Assembly: GCA_965178125.1 (NCBI GenBank)
Contig: OZ237768.1
Location: forward strand, 434,001-498,000
Length of the DNA stretch: 64,000 nucleotides
Direction of reading: 5' to 3'
DNA from: Bilabrum cf. latius
Taxonomy: Eukaryota
Below are positions 25,407 through 37,728 of the stretch, piece after piece. The position numbers and the translations under genes are program-made. How positions within the stretch are numbered: position 1 is the first letter of the stretch; each line of letters opens with the position of its first letter. The notes under the pieces are model-generated. The model saw only the letters and a list, made by a program, of their open reading frames with translations. It had not been told where the DNA came from and made no database searches.

Positions 25407-26460
25407 AGCGAAAAGGGCCCGGGGGCACAGAGGGGGCCCAGACCCCCCAGACCCTACCCATCTGTGCCCCCCCCTCTATCTCGGCCAATACTTGGAATTA
25501 AATCAAACCAAGGGCACCAATGGACTTGTCTCGACGAGTAGAGTCGTCTAGCATCGTCGGGGTGGGCAGCCCGACGAATTCCGCGCACCTCTTAAAAACA
25601 CACACTACCACGCCAATCTGATTAATGGTCCAAAACCAGCATTTTGATATCTTCTACAATACCGAATGGGCCAAACCAACTCAGACTGAGCAAAATATGT
25701 AATGTATTTGTATTCTATTCGTCAAGGCTCACGTATAGCAAGCTTGCATCAACCTGCGGAATGTTGGCATCCTATATGAATTCCTTTTGAGCATCGTCTT
25801 GCTGACGTCGAGGTCCAGCCGCACACGAGCTGCCAGCAATCGGCCACTGGTAAGGAGGCTACTCCTCCTAGGGTCCGCGCCTGCCTTACCGACTGAGAAC
25901 TTGCGCTCAGCCTCTGCACTAGACACTGGTTAGAGTAACACGGTCTTGATTACCCGCACTACAGCTAGCATGCTCTTGCGTGATCGGGCCATCGCCGGGG
26001 TAGATTCACTCCGCCTGTGCATGGTCACAGCACGACCTGCAGCTGCCCTGGCCTGAGAAGAACTGGAGGAGGACGACGAGAAGACGAACCTGGCTGAGCC
26101 AATGGAGCCATGCTGCCTGCCTCACCATCGTGCTCATCACTATGCTGTCGGGCTGCCTCGTCGTGCGCTTGTCTGCATTACGCCACTGATGCCGCCGGCT
26201 GTGGCTCAGTCGCGGCCTTCGGTCTACCCCTCTTTTCCCCAATCCTTCCGTGGTTCTTCTTATCAACTGGTTAATAACAAGCTTACTTTTCGTGGTTTTT
26301 CGCGTAGAAGTTGCCGTGTAGTCGCCACACCTCGAATATCGCTTGGTGACTTTGCCGTCGACCGCGCACATTCCGCAAATCGTGCTGCCGTCTGGAGAAC
26401 GATAGAAGAAGCAGGACGAGCTTACGGGGCCTTGAGATCTGCCTTGATCACGCGATCTTG
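25407..26460 (-). pseudogene. Degenerate hAT transposase remnant
   Basis: PVSSAEAERKFS...RRSSL resembles the hAT C-terminal dimerisation motif and is preceded by an in-frame TAA; upstream TICGMC is BED-finger-like. Boundaries approximate. Confidence 0.5.
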
Positions 26461-26686
26461 ATTGTATCCGCGAGAGGTACTTGCCAGTATCCGTGTGGAT
26501 GATGGCCAGGTCTCCCTGCGTGCTGCACGATGCATCCGTCAAGACCAGCGCACAGTGGCCTGCAACCTTGTGCTCATGGGTGGTCGCGACGACTGAATCA
26601 ATGATCAGCCTGCAGGCATTTCGGAGCCACACCATAGTTGGACCCTTGGACAGGCCATTACCGAGTGGTCCGATGGCTGAATGCAA
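26461..26686 (-). pseudogene. Downstream piece of B-lectin copy D, split by the virophage and truncated
   Basis: LHSAIGPLGNGLSKGPTMVWLRNACRL..QGDLAIIHTDTGKYL, then similarity stops. Confidence 0.8.
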
Positions 26687-27107
26687 CCCCCCGCTACGGT
26701 AATAAATAAATTTATTCCCTTCGGTTAAGGAAACAAGTTTCAATAATTACGTTCAGTCAGAGCTAAAGCTCTTCCCTCTCTCCATTCCTTTTGTCGCTAG
26801 TCGCTCCAAAAGTCAAGGTGAGCCTCTTCATACTGCTACTTCATATAACTGCTTTATCCTTCTAATTATAGAAAATCAATTATATATAAAACTCTATACG
26901 ATGACCATATCCACAAATTGCGTATTAGTATATGTATTATTTAGCAAAACGTGGATGTAGCCCTCTTGTGAAGGTGTTATGGGACTCTAGCCATTTTCTA
27001 GCCAAAAGTTCCATCACTTTATGGGACTCCATTATTCAACCTTCTAAACTACCTTCATTATACCCCCTTATCCTCGCTTATACCTTCACAAATGGAACAA
27101 ACGCGCT
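26687..27107 (+). repeat. Left terminal inverted repeat (421 bp)
   Basis: Starts CCCCCCGCTACGGTAATAAATAAATTTATTCCC; reverse complement of 53208-53628 (one mismatch noticed). Confidence 0.95.
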
Positions 27108-27176
27108 TTTATTTTTAAATTGTTATAGAGCGTTTAAATTGACTTAAAAAATATATTTATTATAGGTATATACAGA

Positions 27177-28196
27177 ATGGAATTATTAAAATGGGAAAAT
27201 GGAACCTTGAAAGCTACACAACCAAAAGAATATTATGAACGAAATGGATTTTAGGTTAATTTTGAAGGGAAAACCTATCATATAGCAATGGATAAAGATT
27301 ATATAAGATGGTTTTTGAAGGACTATAAACCTTATGAAATAATAACAACATTCATAACAGATATGAGTGAAGTATTCAATGGATAGGATAAATTTAATGA
27401 ACCTTTGAATACTTGGGATGTTTCAAATGTTAAGGATATGAGTTTAATGTTTCAAAGTTGTAGAAGCTTTAATCAACCATTGAGCAATTGGGATGTTTCT
27501 AAGGTTGAAAAAATGTCGTCTATGTTCTATTTTTGTTCTAAATTCAATCAATCATTGAACGATTGGAATGTTAGTAATGTTAGGGATATGAGTGGTATGT
27601 TTGGTTCTTGTTCAAGATTCAATCAACCATTGGATAATTGGGATGTTTCTAAGGTTGAAAATATGTCCTCTATGTTTAATGGATGTTGGAACTTCAATCA
27701 ACCATTGGATAATTGGGATGTTTCTAACGTTGAAAATATGTCCTCTATGTTCCATTATTCTGAATTCAATCAATCATTGAACGATTGGAATGTTAGTAAT
27801 GTTAGGGATATGAGTGGTATGTTTGGTTCTTGTTCAAGATTCAATCAACCATTGGGTAATTGGGATGTTTCTAACGTTGAATATATATCCTCTATGTTTA
27901 ATGGATGTTAGAACTTCAATCAACCATTGGATAATTGGGATGTTTCCAATGTCTAGAGTAAGTTTTAGATGTTAAAAGATTGTGAAAGTTTCAATCATTT
28001 AGAGAACGGTATTAAGGGTATAAGAATTGATTATTCTACAACATTGATACCGTTGTTAGAAAGACGAAAACATAAAACCATTAAAAAAACAAAGAAATAT
28101 AGAGAGGAATTAATTGCTAAAGCGTGGCACCCTTCAAGATTAGATTGGGTATTGGATAACGAGGAGCGAGACGAGATAGAGGATAATTTTAATTAA
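27177..28196 (+). CDS. DUF285/BspA-like repeat protein 1
   Basis: Repeats FNQPLxNWDVSNVxxMxxMFxxC; continuous through TAGs; ends in TAA. Confidence 0.85.
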
Positions 28197-28285
28197 TAGA
28201 ATTTTAATAATATTAATGATTATTTAATATTATAGTGTGAGTTTAAAAAGGCTTAAATAATATATTTATTATAGGTATATACAGA

Positions 28286-29268
28286 ATGGAAGTTTTAAAA
28301 TGGGAAAATGGAACCTTGAAAGCTACAAAACCAAAAGAATATTATTTTAGAAAAGATAATTATATTGTGAAATTTGAAGGTAAAACATATTACGTAGCTA
28401 AAGATACAGATTTTCTTCTTCACGCATTGTAGTTTTTGAAACCTGAATTATTAGTAACAACAAAACAACGGCATGAGCCGGAACGGCCACTGCCGCGCTG
28501 CCCCGCCCCCTTCCCTAAGGAAGGAGACGAGGGAATGCCTCGCAAGCTGCTGGTCGCACTGGCGGTTGCAACCTCGCGTTGGTAGACCGGAGCCTGTGTT
28601 CGAGTCTCGAACGCATCGCCACATCAACCCCGAACCCCATTCGGCGTTAGCATTAGAATATGTTAAACCTATTTGATAATATGATAATTGAATCACCAAT
28701 AAATTCATGGGATGTTTCAAATGTTAAAGATATGACCGATATGTTTTATGGGTGTCATTCGTTTAATCAACCTTTAAATAACTGGGATGTTTCAAATGTT
28801 GAAGATATGGGCGGTATGTTTAATGAGTGTCATTCGTTTAACCAACCATTGAATAATTGGAATGTTTCAAATGTTGAAGATATGAGTGAAATGTTTAATG
28901 ATTGCCATTCATTTAACCAACCATTGAATAATTGGAACGTTTCAAATGTTAAAGATATGTGCGGAATGTTTTATGATTGCCATTCACTAAATCAACCTTT
29001 AAATAACTGGGATGTTTCAAATGTTGTAGATATGGAATGTATGTTTTCTAATTGTTTTAGTTTTAATCATTTGGAGAATGGAATTAAGGATGAACGAATT
29101 GATTATTCCACGACATTAATCCCATCATTAGAAGAGCGGAAAGATGAAACAATTGAACAAACTAAAAAAATCAAAGAAGAATTAATTTCTAGAGCGTGGC
29201 ACCCTTCAAGATTAGATTGGGTATTGGATAACGAGGAGCGAGACGAGATAGAGGATAATTTTAATTAA
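28286..29268 (+). pseudogene. DUF285/BspA-like repeat protein 2, interrupted by a 185-bp GC-rich insertion
   Basis: Paralogue of protein 1 with the same N- and C-termini; removing 28466-28650 restores frame and spacing (TTKHQNM versus TTFITDM). Confidence 0.75.
28466..28650. mobile_element. 185-bp GC-rich host-type insertion without an obvious TSD
   Basis: Abrupt GC shift inside an AT-rich viral gene; homologous to 21588-21856. Confidence 0.7.
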
Positions 29269-29309
29269 GTTTTATTATAATAATTATTTTATTTTTAATT
29301 ATTATAGAT

Positions 29310-29657
29310 ATGGTTTATATTGTATCATTAGCGTGGGGTAGTGAATGTTATCATACACACTGGGTTAAAAAGTTTAATAATAAGGAAGAAGCACAAAAGC
29401 TTTATACTGACACTTTAAAAGACCAAGCGAAGAGAGTTGTATGGAGTGATAATTGGAAAGAAGAATATAAAAAGGAAGCAGAAGGTCAAGTTGAAAGTTT
29501 TAATGATGACAACGGAACCGATTTCAAACTATTGAAAGAAGAAGAAATTGATAACCTTACTAATAGTGAATTAGAAGAGTATATAGAATTATCGTTGATG
29601 TATGCTGAAGAATATGATGATTCAAATGAATGGTTTGATATTGAGTTTTTAGAATAA
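29310..29657 (+). CDS. Acidic hypothetical viral protein
   Basis: 115-aa ORF, ATG to TAA, flanked by AT-rich hairpins. Confidence 0.7.
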   Translation: MVYIVSLAWGSECYHTHWVKKFNNKEEAQKLYTDTLKDQAKRVVWSDNWKEEYKKEAEGQVESFNDDNGTDFKLLKEEEIDNLTNSELEEYIELSLMYAEEYDDSNEWFDIEFLE

Positions 29658-29704
29658 ATTTTTGAATTTTAATAATACTATTATTATTATTATTAATATA
29701 TAGT

Positions 29705-30121
29705 TTAATCCTTGGGTAAGATAAAGTCATCTATAGCCTTTTTGATGATGTCATCCTTCTATTTCTTTATTGATTTCTCAATGGCTTCCTTCTCTTTTTT
29801 AACCAATAAATCTATGGCTACGGTATCATTTAAGTCTTCACTTAGGCATTCAACATTTTCTTCATTTAGCTTGTGTATTATTCTAAATGGTTGAACGAAA
29901 TATGATATATAATCAATTTCTTCAAATTCACTTAATACTCTTTTTTTAAGTCGTTCATTACAATCTGGAGGGACACGAAGGTCATCAAGTTGAAAATGCT
30001 TTAACATTGATGGTTTGTGCTTCTCAACATAAATATATACGATTGACATAAAAGTGGAGATGCTTTTATTCTTGAGTACCTTTTTAACGTTGACACTTGA
30101 TAACAGGAACTTAACGAACAT
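29705..30121 (-). CDS. Hypothetical viral protein
   Basis: ORF 29759-30121 extends through TAG to TAA at 29705. Confidence 0.6.
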
Positions 30122-30222
30122 ATTATAATGTAGCCCAATATTTTATTTTAATTTATTAAACCCGTTTTATAAAATTCTATAGTTTAAAAAAAATAAAAAA
30201 AATATCTAGTAATTATATATAA

Positions 30223-30594
30223 ATGGATAAATTACAAAAAGTGATTAATACCCGCTCAAAGTTAAAGAATGAATTTCTTGATATTGTAGAAGACTTTAAG
30301 AAGACCAATCGTGAATTAGAACAAAAGTTAAAGCAACTAAAAATAAAAGAGACAGAATTAAAAAATAAAGTGAATAGTAAATTAACCGCTCTTAATGTGG
30401 AATATAAAGAGGTGAGCAAAAAGAAAGCAGAAGCTATAGCCCCTTATATGAAAACTTTAAAAGCATTAAAAGGAAGGATGACTGGATTGACAAAGAAAGA
30501 CAAGGACAAGCTGATTGACGTTCATCAAGAGATAAGGAAAATTAAAGAATAGATTAAAGTAAATGAAGCTATTAATAGGCTTTTTAATTCGTGA
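30223..30594 (+). CDS. Lys-rich coiled-coil hypothetical protein
   Basis: Extends through TAG at 30550 to TGA at 30592; upstream TATCTA motif. Confidence 0.6.
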
Positions 30595-30634
30595 ATAATT
30601 AATTTATAAATATTAAAATCAATTAATATATATA

Positions 30635-31792
30635 ATGAGTAAGAGAGGAAAGAAAAAAGATAATGATATTAATGAGTCAAGTTTTGGATTTAATACGAAG
30701 TCTATCACGAACGATTTAATGAAGCCGATAAAGAAACCGAAAGGATTGAATTATGTTAAATATTATAAACCTACTAAAGAGGGGCTTATCCAATAGGCTG
30801 ATTTATTGTATCTCCCTTACGCTACCAAGAACGATTCAAAATATTTATTAGTTGTGATAGATACGAGCGGGTTAGCGTTAGATTTTGAAGAGTTAAAGGA
30901 TAGAGGGGCGGAGGATGTGATAAAAGCTTTTCAAAAAATCTATAAAAGAAATTATTTAATGAAACCTAAAATGATACGAACAGATAAAGGGGGAGAATTT
31001 GATAATGAATTATTTAAAGAATATCTAAAGAAGAATAAGATAGAGCATATATTTTCAAGAGTGAAGCGTAAATCGTAGATGGCTTTGGTGGAGAGATTGA
31101 ATGAGGAAATAGGGAGAGCTATATTTTATTATTTGAATTCATAGGAGATAAGAACGGGGACAACTATTACGAACTGGAGACATTTAATACCAAAGTTGAG
31201 GGAGATATTAAACGAGCGTTATAAAACAAGATAGGAAATGTTGAATAAGAAAAGGGAGAATCTACCATATATACCGCCTAGATGTTAGGGTGAAGTATGT
31301 GATGTATTAAATGAGGGCGAAATGGTAAGAATAGGATTAGATTATCCTAGAAGTATAGAAGGGATAAAGGAAACCGGAGCATTTAGGGCGGGAGATATTA
31401 AATATAGCGTAAAGCCTTATAAAATTGAAAGAGTAATAATAAAACCAGATAACCCCCCATTATATAAAATTGAGGGCATACCCTATACATACTTTAATAG
31501 AGATTAGTTGTTATTAGCATCTAAACCATACGAGAATAAAGCACAAGATATATTTATAATTGAAAAATTGATAAGAAAGAATAAAAATAATACATACAGG
31601 GTTAAATGGAAAGATTCATATGTTGATGAGGCTACTAAAAGAAAATATTAGAATGATATAGGTAAAATAATAAAGAGAAGAAAGAATCAAGAGGGACAAG
31701 ATGAATATTTAATTCAATGGAAGATAACAACGGAGCCGGCTAAAAATATATCAAAAACTCTAAAGGATAATTTTAATAATAAGACTAAATAA
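30635..31792 (+). CDS. Retroviral-type (rve, DDE) integrase with a chromodomain-like C-terminus
   Basis: IQ(TAG)ADLLYLP, YLLVVID, IRTDKGGEF, KS(TAG)MALVERLN; C-terminal YRVKWK and EYLIQWK; 385 aa with TAG as sense. Confidence 0.9.
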
Positions 31793-31828
31793 ATATTATT
31801 AATTTATATTTTAATAATATTCAAATAA

Positions 31829-32446
31829 TTACACTCTGTAGGTCATATTATAGACTGACATAACCATCTATGAAAGCCCTTCAAACGTATTATACACGCT
31901 ATACTCATTAGGGTTAAAACTTTTCAAAAATTCAGCTCGTGAATGTCTTGCTACATCCTTATCTTCATTATCTAAATCTTTATGGATTTTGCTATACAGT
32001 TTATCGCTGGGTATAGCTACGCATATGCTGGATTTTTTGAATATTTCTTGTGCTAGTTCAAAATCACTTGTTAAAAAGACTGCTCTATGTTCTGCTTTCT
32101 ATAACCAATTTTTCTTTACAGACTCAATACTTTTTTTCATAAGTTCAAATTTTAATAATTTAGCCGTTGATAAGTCCCCTCTTCGTTCTGCTTCGTTTAG
32201 GTATAAAACCTGTTTGGTGTCAGCATTAACTTTAAGGACTTCATCTAAATCAACTAATAGAATATTCGGGTCTATAGACGTTAAACTTTTGTTAAGTGAG
32301 CTTTTACCTCCTTTTCGTGGAAGGACTAAACACAATTTTTTACGATTCGCAAGTGAGGAACATAAGTTCCAAAGGAAGCATCCCGCATATCCTAGAGGAA
32401 CCAACACCCCACCAACCGTGCTTGCTGTTGCTACTAACTCTGCCAT
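31829..32446 (-). CDS. Small P-loop-like protein
   Basis: LVLPRKGGKSSL and ILLVDLDE; runs through TAG to TAA at 31829. Confidence 0.55.
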
Positions 32447-32491
32447 TATATATATCTATACAAAACAAAATATTATTATCCTATAGACTAA

Positions 32492-34573
32492 TTATTTTAA
32501 TAATCTTAGTTTTTCAAAGTGTTGATATAAGATTTGTTTTACCTTGTCCTTCACATTATGATTACCTTTACCACCGGCTACATTAAAATATTCTTGTTCA
32601 ATTTGTCCTCCTTTATGCTTGCCACATCCACAACTACCGCCCCTGTTCTATGTTTTTATTTTCTAATCAATAATTAAATTAATAGCTTTCATTAACATAT
32701 TATAAGGGTCTTTATTTCCGAAACCTTGAGCTGGTGGTGAATATGTCCATTGAGGCTTCCCGCTTAATTCATATCCCGTATCGTTTAGTCTTGATTTTGC
32801 TAATGTTCTATCACTTCTGGTTGCTCTTCCTTCTGTATTTGCTCTAGCTACTAAGGACCTAACAGCATCAGTTGATAAATTAGGTTGTAAGACTCCGGCT
32901 TTAAGCCTTCGTACAATATATTTTAAAGTGTTAATTGTTGGGCTGGCGTCTGTTGGATTTATTCCTCTTGCTTTTAACTATGATAATATTTCATTTTTAT
33001 TGCCTTTAGCATTTATTGATTTTCCTATTGATTTGGCTATTTCATCATCTGTTTTCTGTGGTTCTTGTGGTTCTGCTGGTTCTTGTGCTGGTTCTGCTGG
33101 TTGTGCTTGTTGTGCTGGTTCTACGGCTTCTCCATCTCTTGGTTCTTCATCTGGGGCTCCCCTCCGTTCTCTAGCTTGTCTTTCTTTTTCTTCTTGTTGT
33201 CTTTGTGCTTCATCTCGTTCTGCCTGTGCTTGTCTTTGTCTGAATTGAACTTCTGTAAGTTGTCTTCCAAATTCATCTGTAATAGGTTCTCCATCTTCAT
33301 CTACTGCCATCGCTTCACCTTTTCCTCTGTCTTGACCTGCGGGGGGTGCTGGTGCTTGTGGTTGTGAGCCTGTTTTTCCTGTTAAATAACTGATACCATC
33401 CATAACCGATTGTCCTAAAGAACCAAATGTGCTTTGTTGTTGTTCTGGTGATTGTCCTTGTTGTTGTTCTGGTGATTGTCCTTGTGGTTCTGGTGATTGT
33501 AAGAATCCACTAGGTGGAACTGGTGCGGGTGATACTTTTGAAAACTAGCCTGATAAATTTCTACTGGCGTTCTCCCCTTCTTCTTCTTGTCCTGATGATT
33601 GTGATGCCTCTTGTTCTTGTGCTTCTTGTTTAAGTTCTGATAATTTCTTCTTAGCACTTTTTATAAAATCAACTTTAGACCGTCCTTTTACACCTTTAAC
33701 ATTTGACTCTCTAAGTATTTTTGCTAGTTCGGTTTTCTTTGGTGCTTTTCTACTACTTGAAGGATTGGCGTTTGCTACTCTTTCAAGTGCTTCAATTTGT
33801 TCTTGTAGTTCTGGGCTTAATGCTTCTTGTGGTGTTGGAGGGGGTTTTGGTCTTGGTTCTGGTGGCGGTTGCGGGTTATCTGGTTCAGGTCTATCAGGTT
33901 GCGGGTCATCTCTTTGCTATTGTTGAACGGCTTCAGGAGGATTTAAAACATCCTATAAAGCATTAACAGCGTCATCAACTTTTGTTAATTGTGAAACATT
34001 CTATCCTTGGGGGGTTTTCGTGATTCCAGCTTGTCGTAAAGCGTTTCGTATTTGAACTGCTTTTAATCCTCTCATATCGCTTGGTAATTGTTCTAATACT
34101 GCGTCCCGTTGTGCTTTAGTGGTTGTAAATAATCTCATATTAATATTTTTAATTCCATCAAATACCTTTTTCTTATCGCTTGCTGGTCCTACTACCTACC
34201 TTACATTAATATTATTAATGGTATCTACAACCTATCTTTTTAATTTATCCGGTAAATCTGGATTTCTATTTATAAATGATTGTAAATTTTCTATTTGATA
34301 AATTGGTAATTCTTTTTTAGCGTTCATAGTCTTAATATTTTTAATAATATTTTCAATTCCTTGTTGTTGTTGTTGTCTTTCAATTCTAACATCAATAGGA
34401 ACATAATTAGCACGAAGGAAAGCATCATCTTTTAGGGTTTTTCTTCTGGCTTCTGCTTCATCTTCTTCTTGCTATATCATTAATCTAACTTGTGGGTCAT
34501 TTTGTATCCTAAGTTGATTAGACCGTTTCTACATAATACCCTTCAGTAAATCATTAATTGTATTGTTTGACAT
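32492..34573 (-). CDS. ~690-aa Pro/Gln/Glu-rich viral protein of unknown function
   Basis: ATG at 34573 is in frame with ORF 32978-33403 and TAA at 32492; the stops inspected are TAG; middle not checked codon by codon. Confidence 0.65.
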
Positions 34574-34650
34574 TGTATATATATATTATTAATGATATAA
34601 TTAATAATTTATAAACTTAAGAGATAATATGTCAATTGGTAGGCTGTCTT

Positions 34651-35244
34651 TTAAACTTCTTGCTTTCGGTTTTTCTTACATCTGTCTGTCCTTTGATGTC
34701 TCCTCAAATGACATCTTGTCGCCGTGGCTCCACATAATTCACAAATTATTTTTTCTGACTTATGGGCTTGTATTTTCTCTTTATTAGCTTCCCGATACTT
34801 TTTATTTGTGGCCTTTTCAGACTCCAAATTTTTCAATCGCCTCTCCTTTCGCTCCTAGGTGAGCCTTACCGAATGCTTTAAACGATACTCTTTCTAATAT
34901 TCTTTTATTTTTTCCTTGTTATCTATAACATATTCTTTTTGTGTTCGTCCTGCTATTCTATTATTACAACATTTTATTTGTCTCTACCAATATCCTTCCC
35001 TTCTAAGTAGCTACATTTTATTATCACAGGGGTATTCCTCTAGAAGTTCAATTTTGTATTTCCCCGCTTCTAATACATCAAAAGATGAACATCGTCCACG
35101 CTATCCTAGATTATATTTTCTAAAATCGTCTTTGTGTCCCCCTTTCCTTTTTGATAGGGTTTGAACTGTTGAGCCTATGTACGGTAAAATCTTCTTTACT
35201 GTTGAATACATAATATATATTTTTCCTTTCTTATAATCTGGCAT
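34651..35244 (-). CDS. GIY-YIG endonuclease with C-terminal zinc finger
   Basis: MPDYKKGKIYII...PYIGSTVQTLSKR..H; IELLEEYPC; LRREGYW; CELCG..HQRT. Confidence 0.85.
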
Positions 35245-35318
35245 ATTGTATAATATATATGGGGGCATATCTTTAATTCGTTTTTATTCGTTTTTTCCTT
35301 AAGTATATATAGCACTAT

Positions 35319-35684
35319 TTAAAACTAAATGTCTTTTGAAATAAGGTCGTGTTTCTTTATAAAAGCATTGCTGTCTTTCATATTCATTCCCTTCTACCTA
35401 CACCACTTTAATAATTTATCCCTCTTTAATTGTTTAGCACTACGGGGCTTTTTTGTTTTAGGGGCTTTCTTGGAACCCTTCTTTTTTCCTCCAATATAAT
35501 TAACACTTCCACCAAGAAGGTTCAAAGCTCCCCCTTTTGTCTTTCCTTTTGTGGTTGCGTTTAATATTTGGTTTGCTGTATCTTCAACCATTTTATCAAT
35601 TTCTTTTTTATAATCATTTCTGTTTATTCCAAGATGATGAAGGCTTTTATTTGTCATATCATTTATGCTCTATTTAACGCTCAT
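35319..35684 (-). CDS. Small basic protein with xxGG sites, possibly a virion core protein
   Basis: Lys-rich; TKGG, LLGG, YIGG; runs through TAGs to TAA. Confidence 0.55.
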
Positions 35685-35741
35685 ATTATTGTATATATTG
35701 GGTATATATAATTTGTTATTTATCCATACTTATAATATATA

Positions 35742-36557
35742 ATGAAAATTAATGAATTGACACAAGCTTATTTTAATGAATACGAGAACGATATATTTGA
35801 TGAGGTGAATTTTAAGAAGGGGGCTAATTTATTTTTAAATGGTTCGTATGCTATTCCTTATTATTCCTTGTTTGCTAGTGATATAGATTTATATTAGAGG
35901 GTAGAGCCTGAATTTATAAATAGTTTAATAAGATTTGTAAAGGTTTTTATAAGTTAGGTTAATTTTATTGAGGTTAAAGCTGGTAATAAAAAATACAAGA
36001 CCATAAAAGCATTCATATCTACACCCGTTAAAACCATTTATAAATAGATATTTAGCGGAGATAAACCATACTTAAAAATTGATTTTTGGGCTTTTGATGG
36101 AAAATTTATAGATGAAATAAGCATAATTTATCATATAAGTGATTATGAAATAGATTAGGACGAGGTAAAAGATGGATTAATAAGAGATGTAGATAAATAT
36201 TTTGGTTCTAATAATTTTAAAGTATTAAAACGATTGAAGGATTTATTTAAATTAAGAGGTGAGAAGAGGAATGAAAAAAGAGTCAATGATTTAATTGATA
36301 GGGAAGCATTAGGATATTTATATTCCATAAGAATGCGATTAGAAAGTATGCTAAGAATAAAAGGACATCAAAGCGAGAAGTCAAAATCATTTCAAAGCCT
36401 AAAAGGACTAATGAGAAAAGCATTAGGAAATGTGGAAATAATAAAACAATTTTCAAAGTATTCTAAAGCAAATATTAATAAGATAATATCGTGGATTGAC
36501 CAATACATAAATAGGAAAACACGGGCGGAAATTAAAAATATAATTATGTCTCTATAA
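35742..36557 (+). CDS. Putative Pol-beta-fold nucleotidyltransferase
   Basis: FLNGSYA......FASDIDLY motif and downstream YLKIDF; continuous through TAGs. Confidence 0.6.
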
Positions 36558-36649
36558 CTTTTTTTGTGAGGAAGGATAGAAGAAGGAACCAACTTAATAT
36601 TTTAAACCCGTGTGAATAAATGGTTTATTTTATTTTATTATTATATATA

Positions 36650-37720
36650 ATGCTATCTTTACAATATACGGAAAATAGCCATATTGTAGCTATTCAAAAA
36701 TACAAAAAAACACAATAGAACCGGTTTATTTATTACGACCCGAACGCTAAAGATATTCAACACGTCAAAGCGGAAGAGATAACAGATGATGTTTTAAAAT
36801 CTTATTACGGAGAAAGCCGAGTAAGATATAACGTTGATAAGGACAAGAAAAGGGAACAATTACATAAACTATTACAAGATGAATATATACGGTCAGTTTA
36901 GGAATTTGCGATTAAAGATAATAGTCAATATTTACCTTTTCCTATGCTCTTTCCATAGGGGCGTGAATATGTGCGATTATTTGGTAAGAGTGGAAGCGGG
37001 AAAAGTCATTTAGCTTTACATTATATAAGGATGTATAGAGGATTAAAATATAAAAATATGTATGTTATATCACCAATTCAAGACCCTAAATATAAAAGAG
37101 AAGGCGCGACCTTCATTGATATAGATGATTTGGTTAAAGAGAATGAAAACACTTTATATAAGGAAAAAATGGCTTATTATAAAAAAATGAAATTAGAATT
37201 TAAATATAAGAAATCTTCTTTGATGAAATCTAAACCTTTAGATGTTGTTATTGAAGCTGAAAGAAAGATAGAGGATTTGAAACCTGAGAAAGATTTAATA
37301 GAAAAAGGTTTTAAATTAAATGTTGAGTTTTTTAAAAAATTGACCGCTGAACCTAATTTATTTATTCTGGATGATTACGAAGGCTTTAAAAAAAGGAACC
37401 AGAAAGCAAAGGCTTATTTTTTATTGGAAATCCTAGCAACTACAGGAAGGCACACAGCAAGTAGCGTTTTAGACATCACCCACAAAATAAGCGACGGTAT
37501 GAAGACACGAACCATTATGAACGAAATTACAACCCATATCATTTATAAAACAATTACAGCTAAAAGTTTAAAATATATTTTAGAAACAGTCTTAAGTTTT
37601 GACGCTCCTACTAGAAAACGAATTAAAAAAACCCTTCATTCTCTCCCTCTCTTTGGTTATGTTGCTATTAATGTTGATAATAATTATGTAGTTAGCACAA
37701 AAAAAATATTTCTCTATTGA
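36650..37720 (+). CDS. FtsK/HerA-type genome packaging ATPase
   Basis: Walker A GKSGSGKS, Walker B LFILDD, TGRH motif; N-terminus extends through TAGs to ATG at 36650. Confidence 0.9.
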
Positions 37721-37728
37721 ATATATAA

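Noticed and set aside
26932-27147. 71-aa ORF repeated at 53105-53383
   Set aside because: It lies in the TIR and overlaps the non-coding repeat, whose internal copies do not keep the frame
27909-27911. TAG meaning Trp (TAG opposite TGG in a DUF285 repeat and in lectins A and F)
   Set aside because: These are variable positions; catalytic-site and poly-Q evidence favours Gln, although a genome-wide test is still needed
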